A stretch of DNA of 64,000 bases from Rhodanobacteraceae bacterium (GTDB lineage: Bacteria; Pseudomonadota; Gammaproteobacteria; Xanthomonadales; SZUA-5): NCBI GenBank assembly GCA_031425695.1, contig JANPJV010000116.1, positions 120 to 64,119 of the forward strand, read 5' to 3'. Position 1 is the first letter of the stretch, and every line of letters begins with the position of its first letter. Positions 1 to 9,400 of this stretch are shown piece after piece. The notes beneath the pieces are model-generated. The model was given only the letters and a program-made list of their open reading frames with translations. It had not been told where the DNA came from and made no database searches. Both the position numbers and the translations under genes were made by a program.

Positions 1-4
1 GAGC

Positions 5-25
5 GTCCGCGCGCAGCGCAGACCC
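5..25. repeat. REP-like GC-rich palindrome, family 2 (GTC[TC]GCGC-N3-GCGCAGAC), single copy at window edge
   Basis: gtccgcgcgcagcgcagaccc matches the units arrayed at 6297-6466. Confidence 0.4.
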
Positions 26-249
26 ACCAATAGAACAGCGGTTGCTCCGACAGCTGTTTAACTTGATCTTTACAAATTGCAGGCGTATCTTCCGCGCCGT
101 TCGTCCTAACTCGCCTGATCCAGGCCGCCATCATGTCCTTGCTGCCCACCCCTGTGAAAAAGCCTCGGCCCGACTGAGGCCCTCCTGGCGCCGATTCGCG
201 TCAGGTCTTTTTTCATTGCAGTGATGGCGCCCTCGAGGCGCAGGACAAA

Positions 250-2286
250 ATGAACACAAAAATTGAAAGTGGCGACGAGCACGCGCTCGCGGGCGTGTTG
301 CGCCTGCGCCTGCTCGAATGGGTGTTGCGGAAGTTCGGCGGCTCGGTGCCGGAGAAAGTCGTGAAGCGGCTTTCCCTCCGCATTGGCGTGGACGTGAGCG
401 GTCACGAGGAACTGCTCGCGCACGTCAGCGGGTCTCCTGAAGCTTTGCTGGTTGCGCCCGAGGCGGTCGAGGAGTATCTCGCGAGCCTCGGGCTGGTCGC
501 GCTCGGCCGCACCTTCGCGCTGACCACGCAGGAACAGTGGCTGCTGGCCGCGCTGGTACAGCTCGAGCTCGATGCCGAGCTGGGCGAGTGGCTCACCCAC
601 CTCGGCGACACCATCGGCCACCACTGGCACGCGCACCTGCACCTGCTGTCCGGCGTGCTGCAGATCCATCGGCGGGTGCTTGCGCGGCTGCTTTCGCCGC
701 GCGCAAGCCTGGCGCGTATGGGGCTGGTTGACGTCCATCGGCGACCGGCCATCGCTCTCGAAAGCCGCTTCCCCGTGCGCGACGAGGTCATCGAATACTG
801 TGGGGACGGCACCCACGATCTCGAACGGGTGACCGCCAGCTTCTTCACCCCGTGTGGCGGCGGGACCCTCGGGCTGGCCGATTACCCGCAGCTCGGTTCC
901 GGGCTCGATCGAGTGCTCGGGATGCTGCGGACGCGTGCGGCGGGAACGCACCTGTTGCTGCATGGTCCGCCCGGCACTGGCAAGACCGAGCTCGCGCTCG
1001 CCCTCGCGCGGGAGCTCGGGCTCAGCCTGTACGCCGTACCGTGCCAGGACCAGGACGACGAACCGATCGAGCACCACGCGCGGCTGGTCGCCTTCGCGCA
1101 GGCGCAGCTGGTGCTTGGCGCGCGCCCGGACGCACTGCTCTTGTTCGATGAGGTCGAGGACGTCATCCGCTCCTCGAATGTGTCGCGCGACGGCAAGCAC
1201 CGTTCGGTGTCATTCAAAGGCTGGCTGCACGAGCAGCTGGAGCGGGCGCCGCTGCCGAGCATCTGGATCAGCAACTCGCTGGCTGGATTTGATGCCGCGC
1301 AGCTGCGCCGGTTCGCCTGCATCCTCGAAGTCCCGGTGCCGGGCCTTGAGCGACGTCGCGCGCTGGTAGCCAGCGCCACGCAGGATCTTGGGCTCGACCC
1401 GGCCCTGCTCGAGGGCCTGAGCCGGCGTACCGACCTGCCCCCCGCCGAGCTCGCCGCGATCGGCCGCGAGGCGCGCCAGTGCACGGATGCACCGGTGGCC
1501 TTCATCGACGCGACCCGCTCGCGCCTGCGTGCTTCCGGCCGTCCTAGGCTGCGCAATGAGATCGCGCGTGACTACGACCTCCGGTTCGTTCGCTGCGAGC
1601 CGTCGTTGCCGCACCAGTTCGAGGCGTTCTCGCGCCTGTCCGGCGCACGCGTGCTGCTCAGCGGTCCGCCGGGCAGCGGCAAGACCGCGCTCGCCGCGCA
1701 TTTTGCGCTGACGGCAGAGCGTCCGTTGCTGGTCAAGCGCGCATCCGACCTGCTCTCGCCTTGGCTCGGGGAAACCGAGCAGAACCTGGCGCGCGCGTTC
1801 GAGGAGGCCGAGGCCGACGACGCCGTGCTGCTGCTCGACGAGGCCGACAGTTTCCTCGGCGCACGCCACGAGGGCCAGCGCAGTTGGGAACGCTCGCAGG
1901 TCAACGAGTTGCTGAAGCAGCTGGAAGACTTCGATGGCTGGTTCTTTGCCGCGACGAATCTGCCGGAGACGTTGGATCCGGCCGCGATGCGCCGCTTCGA
2001 TTTCAAGCTGCGTTTCGGCTGGCTGGAAATCGGCGCGCGCCTGGCGATGGTGGAGGATTTTCTTGCCCGCGAGCACATCGTGCATGCAACCGACAGCACG
2101 GCGCTCCGCCGCGCCCTGCTGGACCTGCCCTACCTGCTCCCCGGCGACCTCGCCGCCATTCGTCGTCGCGTCCAGGCATTTGCTGACAGCATCGACCTCG
2201 ACCAGATCCTGGGCTGGCTGGGAGAGGAGCATGCCGCCAAGCCCGAAGCGCGACAGCGCAGCATCGGCTTCACGCGCGTGGCCTGA
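250..2286 (+). CDS. AAA+ ATPase with two AAA modules and an N-terminal domain of unknown function
   Basis: Two Walker A motifs (GPPGTGKTE, GPPGSGKTA), each followed by a Walker B (LLLFDEVED, VLLLDEADSF). The second module resembles the classical FtsH/CDC48-type AAA core. Long ORF with coding-like G/C at third positions. Confidence 0.85.
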   Translation: MNTKIESGDEHALAGVLRLRLLEWVLRKFGGSVPEKVVKRLSLRIGVDVSGHEELLAHVSGSPEALLVAPEAVEEYLASLGLVALGRTFALTTQEQWLLAALVQLELDAELGEWLTHLGDTIGHHWHAHLHLLSGVLQIHRRVLARLLSPRASLARMGLVDVHRRPAIALESRFPVRDEVIEYCGDGTHDLERVTASFFTPCGGGTLGLADYPQLGSGLDRVLGMLRTRAAGTHLLLHGPPGTGKTELALALARELGLSLYAVPCQDQDDEPIEHHARLVAFAQAQLVLGARPDALLLFDEVEDVIRSSNVSRDGKHRSVSFKGWLHEQLERAPLPSIWISNSLAGFDAAQLRRFACILEVPVPGLERRRALVASATQDLGLDPALLEGLSRRTDLPPAELAAIGREARQCTDAPVAFIDATRSRLRASGRPRLRNEIARDYDLRFVRCEPSLPHQFEAFSRLSGARVLLSGPPGSGKTALAAHFALTAERPLLVKRASDLLSPWLGETEQNLARAFEEAEADDAVLLLDEADSFLGARHEGQRSWERSQVNELLKQLEDFDGWFFAATNLPETLDPAAMRRFDFKLRFGWLEIGARLAMVEDFLAREHIVHATDSTALRRALLDLPYLLPGDLAAIRRRVQAFADSIDLDQILGWLGEEHAAKPEARQRSIGFTRVA

Positions 2287-2311
2287 GTGCTCGCTCGTGG
2301 AGCCAAGGGCT

Positions 2312-2515
2312 TCAGGGACGGCAGGCGAACCAGAGCCGGACCTGCGAGTCGGCATCACTGCTGCCGAGCCAGCGGCAGATCAGGGAACGCTGCGACCCTG
2401 GCTCTGCGCGGTGCACTTCAGGCAGCGAACCAACGAGCCCGGTCGGCTCCTGCAGTGCCGAGGCGCCGCCGGCCGCAGCAGCCAACAAACCGAGAACGAG
2501 GAATGCGCCTTTCAT
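2312..2515 (-). CDS. small secreted protein (67 aa), unknown function
   Basis: Internal ATG with GGAG 7 nt upstream. N-terminus MKGAFLVLGLLAAAAGGASA looks like a Sec signal peptide. Confidence 0.45.
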   Translation of the reverse strand: MKGAFLVLGLLAAAAGGASALQEPTGLVGSLPEVHRAEPGSQRSLICRWLGSSDADSQVRLWFACRP

Positions 2516-2588
2516 TTGCAATCTCCAGGAGGGATTGCAAACAAGTACGGCGCCGCGGGCCACCGGCGACACGCACCGTACAGCGCAC

Positions 2589-3035
2589 CTATTGAAAGCG
2601 TCTGCCGTCGCGCTCCAGCCACCCACCTTCGCGACGGCCGGCTGGGTCGTGATGCGTCCAATGCAGGGTGCCGCCCTTCTGGTTCCAGATGTACTCGCCA
2701 CTGAAACCGACGCGGTCACCCACGTCCAACGGAGTGACACGGGGTGCGAGATCGATGTTGTGAGCCACCAGGAGCGTCTGTCCCGACGCCATGCGCAACA
2801 GGAATCGTTGATGGCGCGAACCGTCGTTGTCATCCCCGAGCACTTTCACGACGGTCCCGGAGCCAATGACCCGGGTGCGGTCGGCGTCGCGGCCGAGCCC
2901 TTCGGATTGCTCGTCGAGCGGGCGCTCAGCCGGGACGGGAGCACTCGGTGCGCGCCCGTCGCGAGGTGGGGCAAGCTGATCGAAGCCGGCGAGCGACAAA
3001 CCGACCAATACCAACACCACGATCCACTTGCGCAC
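2589..3035 (-). CDS. DUF3465-family protein
   Basis: GTG start preceded by AGGAG, then an N-terminal TM/signal segment. The motif GSRHQRFLLRM..GQTLLVAHNIDLAPRV..GD.V.F.GEY.WN.KGG.LHWTHHDP matches my memory of DUF3465. Confidence 0.7.
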   Translation of the reverse strand: MRKWIVVLVLVGLSLAGFDQLAPPRDGRAPSAPVPAERPLDEQSEGLGRDADRTRVIGSGTVVKVLGDDNDGSRHQRFLLRMASGQTLLVAHNIDLAPRVTPLDVGDRVGFSGEYIWNQKGGTLHWTHHDPAGRREGGWLERDGRRFQ

Positions 3036-3153
3036 GGCAGCTCCTGTTCGATCACCACGAGGGAACATAGAGCTTGTCGACCGCATTTGGATCGGCGTGG
3101 CGATACCATTTTCTGCCCGCAAGGTGAGCACGATGCGCTGCTGGCGATCGGCG

Positions 3154-3714
3154 CTAACGGATGGGCCGCGCGAGCCGCCACTGGAGAAAATCCTCCGGCA
3201 AGCGCACGTCTAAGCCGGCAACGCGCGAGCACCGTCGTGAGAGCTTCAGCAACTCGCGATCGCGCGTAAACAGCACCGCGCAACCGGCATCACGGGCGAG
3301 CTCGAGAAAGACCTGGTCGTCGGGATCGCAGCAACGCGGGAGCGGCGCCTGCCCGTGAGTCGCTGCACCGCCCTCGACATCGAGCACTTGGGCATCGAAG
3401 GCATTCATCGCTTGCTGTCGGATCCCAGCGGAGAACGCGAGCGTATCGCGCCCCAGCACGCGCAGCCATTCGGCACGCGTGGCAGCGTTGGCCACTGCCT
3501 GCAGGCGCCGCTCGCGCAGGACATCGGCGAGCGCCTTGCAGGACGGGTCGGCATAGGCAAACAGCGCCAGCGCAGCGTTGGTGTCGAGAACGATGCGCGG
3601 CAGGTCGTGTGCGTTGATTACAGCCCCCGGTGGTGAGTGGCTTGCGCTCGGTAATGGACGGCGGCGCAGCACTCGCAATGAGCTGACTCGGAAAGCTAGC
3701 GTGCGCCCGATCAC
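3154..3714 (-). CDS. PIN-domain protein (toxin-like ribonuclease fold); start uncertain
   Basis: IVLDTNAAL near the N-terminus and a C-terminal ..DPDDQVFLELA....AVLFTRDRELL pattern are typical of the TIGR00305-type PIN family. Only GTG/TTG starts are available. No cognate antitoxin ORF is seen upstream. Confidence 0.6.
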   Translation of the reverse strand: MIGRTLAFRVSSLRVLRRRPLPSASHSPPGAVINAHDLPRIVLDTNAALALFAYADPSCKALADVLRERRLQAVANAATRAEWLRVLGRDTLAFSAGIRQQAMNAFDAQVLDVEGGAATHGQAPLPRCCDPDDQVFLELARDAGCAVLFTRDRELLKLSRRCSRVAGLDVRLPEDFLQWRLARPIR

Positions 3715-3987
3715 GAAAGCGTCCGCGCCGCGAGAAAATCCGTCGGCGGCCCCCCCCTCTCCGTTGAAGCGCGGGAACGTGAACCAATGCGCAGCGGCCG
3801 CCGAGCGCCGCCCTGGTTAGTCGAAACCATTCGAGAACAGCACCGTCACCCCGTCATCGTCGAGGATGGTGCCTGTGCCCTGGTGGGCGATCGCGATTGC
3901 GCACAAGACTGGGCATTCCATTTACGCGTGAGAAAGTTTGCAGCGCACGAGCGTCCTCTGAAGCACACCAACTGGAGGATGCTGTCG

Positions 3988-4575
3988 ATGCGCAATTTTT
4001 TGACCCGCCTGATCCCCGGCATCGTACTGGCTGCCGCGCTGCCGTGCGCCAGCGCAGCTGGCATAGTCGTCGTGAATGGCACCGAGCTCGATCCGGCGCA
4101 GGCGGAAACGCACGCCAGCCAGCTCGGCCATCGGATTCCCGACGGGCGCTACTGGTATGACCGCATGACGGGCGCCTGGGGCCGCGAGGGCCAGGGTACG
4201 GCTGGCTTCACGGTGGTCGGCCTGGACCTCGGCGGACCGCTGCGGGCTGACGCCTCGCATGGGCGCACTGGCGTCTACGTCAACGGTCGCCAACTGGCTC
4301 AGAGCGACGTCGCCGCGTTCGTGGGCATGGGTATCCCGGTCTATCCCGGTCGCTACTGGGTCGATGCCTTCGGCAACGGCGGCCTCGAGGGCGGCCCGGT
4401 CAGTTTCAATCTGCGCGTGCTGGCGCAGCAGGCGGCGGCTGCCGGGCGCGACTCGATCTACACGAAGTCCGGCAGCGGCGACAATGAAAGCTCGACCTTC
4501 ATCGGCAGCGACGGCTCGCTTTCCCACAGTACAACCATCAACGGCAAGACCACCGATTACTACATTGGCGATTGA
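3988..4575 (+). CDS. secreted hypothetical protein
   Basis: ATG with GGAGG 9 nt upstream. Signal peptide MRNFLTRLIPGIVLAAALPCASAAG. No family recognised. Confidence 0.65.
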   Translation: MRNFLTRLIPGIVLAAALPCASAAGIVVVNGTELDPAQAETHASQLGHRIPDGRYWYDRMTGAWGREGQGTAGFTVVGLDLGGPLRADASHGRTGVYVNGRQLAQSDVAAFVGMGIPVYPGRYWVDAFGNGGLEGGPVSFNLRVLAQQAAAAGRDSIYTKSGSGDNESSTFIGSDGSLSHSTTINGKTTDYYIGD

Positions 4576-4583
4576 GAGCGGTC

Positions 4584-4652
4584 GTAGCCCGCGTAAGCGC
4601 AGCGCACGCGGGGAAAATCTCACGACCGTCCGCGCCTGCGCTACGCGGCTAC
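4584..4652. repeat. REP-like inverted-repeat element, family 1 (GTAGCC..GTAAGCGCAGCGCAC..GGG / CC..GCGC..GGCTAC)
   Basis: gtagcccgcgtaagcgcagcgcacgcgggg ... ccgcgcctgcgctacgcggctac lies in the convergent gap. Related copies are at 14386, 16416 and 30469. Confidence 0.6.
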
Positions 4653-5782
4653 CGACTTGCGGCGCCGCGGCTGTTCCTGGCCGGGTCGTTGCAAGCCGTT
4701 GCCTCACTCGGCATTTCGAAATGGAAGCTGTCAGAGGGCAGTTCCGTGGTCCACGGCTCGGGACTGGCGATCATCTCGAGCACTCCGGCATCGTTGCTGC
4801 TGGCGGCCAGGTTGAGATAGGCATTGGCCAGCCTGGGATCGAACGGCAGGCCGCTTATCGGTGACTCGTGGGCCCGGGCGAGCCAGACCAGCAAGGGTGC
4901 CATGCGCAGCCAGTCGATCGGAGCCGGGCGCGCATCGGCGAGCAGCCGCTCCGACCGCTCGATGCGCCGGCGCCATTGCGCACTTCCGGCGGGCGGTGCG
5001 TTGGCGAAATCGAGCGAGCGCAGCAGGATTTCGGCGAGGATCACCTTGGCCGTGGCCGAAGGCGGCTCGCCACGGCCTTCAGCCAGGCGCAGGGCTGCCA
5101 GTCGCTGCGCAGCGCCCAGTGCATTCGACGCATCGTCGTACGCGTCACCACCATCGGCCAACCGTTTTTCCCATTCCGAGTCGGGCTCCGGGGCCGGCCG
5201 GACATCGGTAAAGCAGCTGGCGGCAAAGTCATCGTCATCGACGTCTAGAAGCATGCCCACCTGCATCGACAGCGCATGACTGTCCGCACTGCGAGCGAGC
5301 ACGTGGTTCTCCCAAAAGCTCCACCGCCAGGCGCCATTCTGGCGAGCGAAGCCCAATCCTACCCCCAGGTATTCGCCGCCAGCGGTCAGGAACGGCACCC
5401 AGGCAGCATCGCGCACCACCACCGGGTCCGCTGCACGCATCCGCGGCAGCGCCGAGCGCATTCCCGCCGTCTGCTCGGCCGTGCACGCCGCCGCATAGAC
5501 ATCGGACATCTCGAAGCGACTGGCACTGCGCAAGACCGCGACCGCAGCCATTTCGGTGGTTGCCAGCGCCGACCAGAAATCCGGCTCGTGCATCGCCATC
5601 GCGCGCAGCTCAGCCAGCGAACCCAGCGCCGCCTGGTCGAGAACTTCAGCCGGATCTGTCAGTCGGCATTCGATCAATGCGATCCGCACCGCCTCGACCT
5701 GCTGAAAGCTCGGCGCGCCGGGTGCCGCTGCCGCGGCCACTCCCGACAGCCCCCACAGGACCGCGATCGCAACGCGCTTCAT
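4649..5782 (-). CDS. secreted hypothetical protein
   Basis: Signal peptide MKRVAIAVLWGLSGVAAAAAP. Its ATG overlaps the stop of the upstream gene (ATGA), suggesting an operon with 5779..6195. Confidence 0.7.
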   Translation of the reverse strand: MKRVAIAVLWGLSGVAAAAAPGAPSFQQVEAVRIALIECRLTDPAEVLDQAALGSLAELRAMAMHEPDFWSALATTEMAAVAVLRSASRFEMSDVYAAACTAEQTAGMRSALPRMRAADPVVVRDAAWVPFLTAGGEYLGVGLGFARQNGAWRWSFWENHVLARSADSHALSMQVGMLLDVDDDDFAASCFTDVRPAPEPDSEWEKRLADGGDAYDDASNALGAAQRLAALRLAEGRGEPPSATAKVILAEILLRSLDFANAPPAGSAQWRRRIERSERLLADARPAPIDWLRMAPLLVWLARAHESPISGLPFDPRLANAYLNLAASSNDAGVLEMIASPEPWTTELPSDSFHFEMPSEATACNDPARNSRGAASR

Positions 5783-6195
5783 GGCGATTGTGGCTCCACC
5801 GGCATTCCCGCCGGCGCGCTCGTTTCCGCGTCCATCCAGGCATCGTCGGCTTTCTCGCTTTCCAGGAAGACCAGCTCAGTGACACGGCCGATCCCGCCGC
5901 CTGTGACTTCCACCGTATCCAGCCGGGCGGTGTCTTCATTTTCATCGGCGTCCTGCGCGTTCGCGGCGGAGCTGGCCAGCAGCATCGCAGCCGCCGGCAA
6001 AAGCATCGAATAACGCACGCACAGCGGGCCGCCGCCATTCAGCAATCGCTCGCGCTCGACTGCGCTCATCGCCGACAGGTTGTGCACCCGCGTCTGGCAC
6101 AGGTTGCAGAACGTCGACTTCTGCCCGCGCGCGAACGTGGGCAGCTGCGGACACGGTGAGCTTATGCGCGGGCACTGGGTGTGGACGATCGGCAT
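5779..6195 (-). CDS. Cys-rich small protein with a hydrophobic segment, unknown function
   Basis: MPIVHTQCPRISSPCPQ..FCNLCQTRVHNLS gives a four-Cys, zinc-ribbon-like pattern, followed by LLPAAAMLLASSAANA. Translationally coupled to the downstream gene. Confidence 0.5.
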   Translation of the reverse strand: MPIVHTQCPRISSPCPQLPTFARGQKSTFCNLCQTRVHNLSAMSAVERERLLNGGGPLCVRYSMLLPAAAMLLASSAANAQDADENEDTARLDTVEVTGGGIGRVTELVFLESEKADDAWMDAETSAPAGMPVEPQSP

Positions 6196-6296
6196 GGGCA
6201 GGCTCCGTGGGCGTGTCGGGTGCTCGGCAGCCATATTACTGCGGCGACGCGCGCTGCGGCATTCAAAGCGGGGCCCGAACCGCTGGCTTATCGTGG

Positions 6297-6466
6297 GTCT
6301 GCGCTATGCGCGGACGCTCGTTCCTGCAGGTTGCCAAGAACGTCTGCGCACCGCGCAGATCTACCGTGAGCAACAGCGTCCCGCGCACAGCGCAGACCTG
6401 CCATGGGCAAAATCGTCTGCGCCCAGCGCAGACCCGCCACCAGCGTGGGAGTCTGCGCATTCCGCG
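6297..6466. repeat. Cluster of five REP-like palindromic units, family 2
   Basis: Units at about 6297, 6342, 6378, 6415 and 6451, each GTCTGCGC-N3-GCGCAGAC-like, spaced about 36-45 bp apart, between two minus-strand genes. Confidence 0.65.
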
Positions 6467-6470
6467 TCGT

Positions 6471-9400
6471 TCACTCGAAACCGTTCGCGTGGATCAGGTC
6501 ATCCAGCAGCGCATTGCTATCGGTCACGCTGTCGTTGGTCGCATTTGGATCGCTGAAGGGCGAGACAACCTGCGCCGCGACTGTGGCATTGATCGTCGCT
6601 CCGCTCGCGTCAGCCGCCACGGTTGCACTGACCAGGTAGCTGACGGAACTGCCCAGAGGCAATGCGAGCGTGGTGGCGACGGCGCCATTCCCAGTGGCCG
6701 GGCAGCTGGCACCCCCGCTGGCGGTGCACGTCCAGGAGATGTTGGTCAGCGCTGCCGGCAGCGTCTGCGAAATCTGCACCGCCGGCACGTCGAGGACCGT
6801 GCTCAAGTTGCTGACCGTCACCGTGTAGACGGTGGTCTCGCCGCGCAGCAAACTGGTCCGGCCATCACTATTGCTGACCGCAATGTCCGCCTGCAGGTCG
6901 TCATTGACGATGGTGCCGGTGCCACGCGCGGTGGACGTCGTTACGCCAGCAACCGACGGCGTGCCGAGGTCGACGAAGAAATTCTCGGTCGCTTCGGCAA
7001 CGGTGTCACCGGTCACAGCTATCGCGATCGGCCGCGTCTGGCCGGCGCTGCCGGTGAAGCTCAGGCTGCCGGTTGCAGCCGTGTAGTCCCCGGGCGCGAC
7101 CGCGCTGCCGTCTGCGGACTGGTATGGGACGCTGAAGCCATCCTGCACCGCCCCGTTCAAGGACACGGTGAACACGAAACTGGTGGTCCCGCTATCGCCT
7201 TCGGCAGCCGTCTGATTGCCGATGCTGATGGTAGCGCTGTCATCGTTGTTGATCGTTCCGGTCGCTTGCGGATCAGCAAGCGTTACCTGTGCATTCGAAG
7301 GCGTCGAGAGCGTCAAGACAAAAGTCTCATTGGCCTCGACCACGGTATCGCCCAACACGACGGCATCGAGGGCACGAGTCTCTCCAGCGTTGCCAACAAA
7401 GACCAGCTGAGTTCCGGGCGCGAGTCCCGTGAAGTCAGACCCGGCGCTCGCCGTGCCATTGGCGTGTGTCACCCCGACGGTGAACCCGCCCTGCACTGCC
7501 GCCGACAGCGTCACGATAAAGCTTGCATTGACCGCTGCACCGTTGCCCTCAACGACGCTGGCGTCGCTGATCGCCAATGTCGCACTGTCGTCATTGGTGA
7601 TCGTGCCCTGCCCGCTGCCGTCGGCAATCGTCGCGCCGCCGGGTGCGCTCAAGGTCACGCTCATGCTCTCGTTTGTCTCCAGTTTGAGATCACCGTTCAC
7701 CACGATGGCAATATCCCGCGTGGTCACGCCGGGCGGGAAACTCAGGGTGCCGGCATTCGCTTGATAGTCGCTGTCCGCCACCGTTGCCGTGCCATCGCTG
7801 CTGGCAAACTGCACCACCACGGTATTGCTCACCGCGGCCGAGAGAGTTGCGGTGAAACTCAATATGCTGCTGGACTGTCCTTCAGTCACGCTCACGTCAT
7901 TGATCGACAGCGTCGGCGTCGTTCCGAGAACAACGAGGTCGCTGCGGAATTTTCTCCAGTTTTCCTGGGGCAGGTCTTTGGCGATGACGCCATCACCGTA
8001 GAAAACGGTGTCGCCGAGGTCGGAAAGGATCTGGATCTGGCTGCTCGCGCCAAGGGTCGCCGGCAGTTCGACAATGCCCTCGGGATTGAGGCCGCTTAAG
8101 GTCGCACTACGCTCCTCCGGTTGCGTGGCTGGGTCGCCATTCCACGTGAACAAGCGGAAGCTGCCACTGGCAGCCGGACCAGCAATGATCAGGCACTCGC
8201 TGGCATTGCAGTCGAGCGAACGGATTCCGCGACCACCGAGGTCGAGCTGAATCGGCGCCCCAAAGACGGCTGGGCCCGCGCTCGGATTGCCCGAAACCAG
8301 TGCCGCCAAGTTGGTCACCGGCACGATCAGTCCGCGTGTACGCGCCGTGGCTGGCACGATCGGCGCGCGGAAGGCGAGATAGGCCGTACCATTCGGTGCG
8401 ATCGCCAAGCCTTCAATATTGAAGCCTGCGCCATTGGGCTCTTCCGGAATCACGCCAGCGGCGGTGCTCGCCGTCAGCCCGAAGAAATTGGCACCGAGGC
8501 CATGCACATTGCCGCTGTCCCAATTGAGCAAGTCTGCGCGCAGACCGTCGTAGCGCCCGACATAGCTCAAGCTCGCAGGAGCAGTGTAGTCGACCGCAAA
8601 CAATCGATAGCGGTTCGGTCGCAATGCACCGCCGGCACTATTGCTGTGCGAGCCCATGAAGTAGATGCGGTTGCCGACGCGCACCGAGGATTCAATGTCC
8701 ACTTCGCGCGGATTGCCACCGGAAATATCGGTCAGGCCGAGCAGTGAAGTCACATTGAATTCGGCGCGCGGCAGCCCGGACTGATCGCGGTCGACGAGGC
8801 GCAGGCGCTGGTCCTCGTCGATTGCCATCAGCATGGTATCGGCGTCCAAGGCGACTGCAGTCGACGCATCGGCGCCGCCGGTGTGCCAACGCGTCGTGGC
8901 TGGCGCCGCGCTGCCGTCCGAGGCGGCGTAGTTGATGACGTAGCTGTCGGTGTTCCCTTGCGGGTCGCTCACGCTGACGGTGAGGTTCGAAAAGCCGACA
9001 GCGGCCGGCGTGATCTTCAAGTTGCGCGCGGCCCCGCTTCCGCTCAACTCCAGGTTGGCGGCCGGGACCACGGATAAATTGCTGCTGACGACGCTGACGC
9101 TCAGGCTGGCCGCAGCGGTATCGGCATCGAGCAGGCTGAAGGCCAGACCGAGTGTCCGCGCGGGATCAGTGCTGTCGCCGATCACGCCACTGACGGCGCC
9201 AGGGCCGTCCAATGGGACCTGCAAAAAGCTGGTCGTGGCCGCGGCATCGAACTGGATGGTCGGCGCCATTCCGTTGGTGACGCTGGTCGTTACGGCCGCG
9301 GTACTGCTGTTGTTGCTCTCATTGGCTTCGGTGACTGCGCCTGCGCTATCGGCCACGACCGAGCCGACAGCGACCACGACATTCCCGGCGGTCTGTGGGA

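Noticed and set aside
106-1200. 364-aa minus-strand ORF overlapping the AAA+ ATPase gene
   Set aside because: Antisense shadow ORF. The plus-strand frame carries clear Walker motifs.
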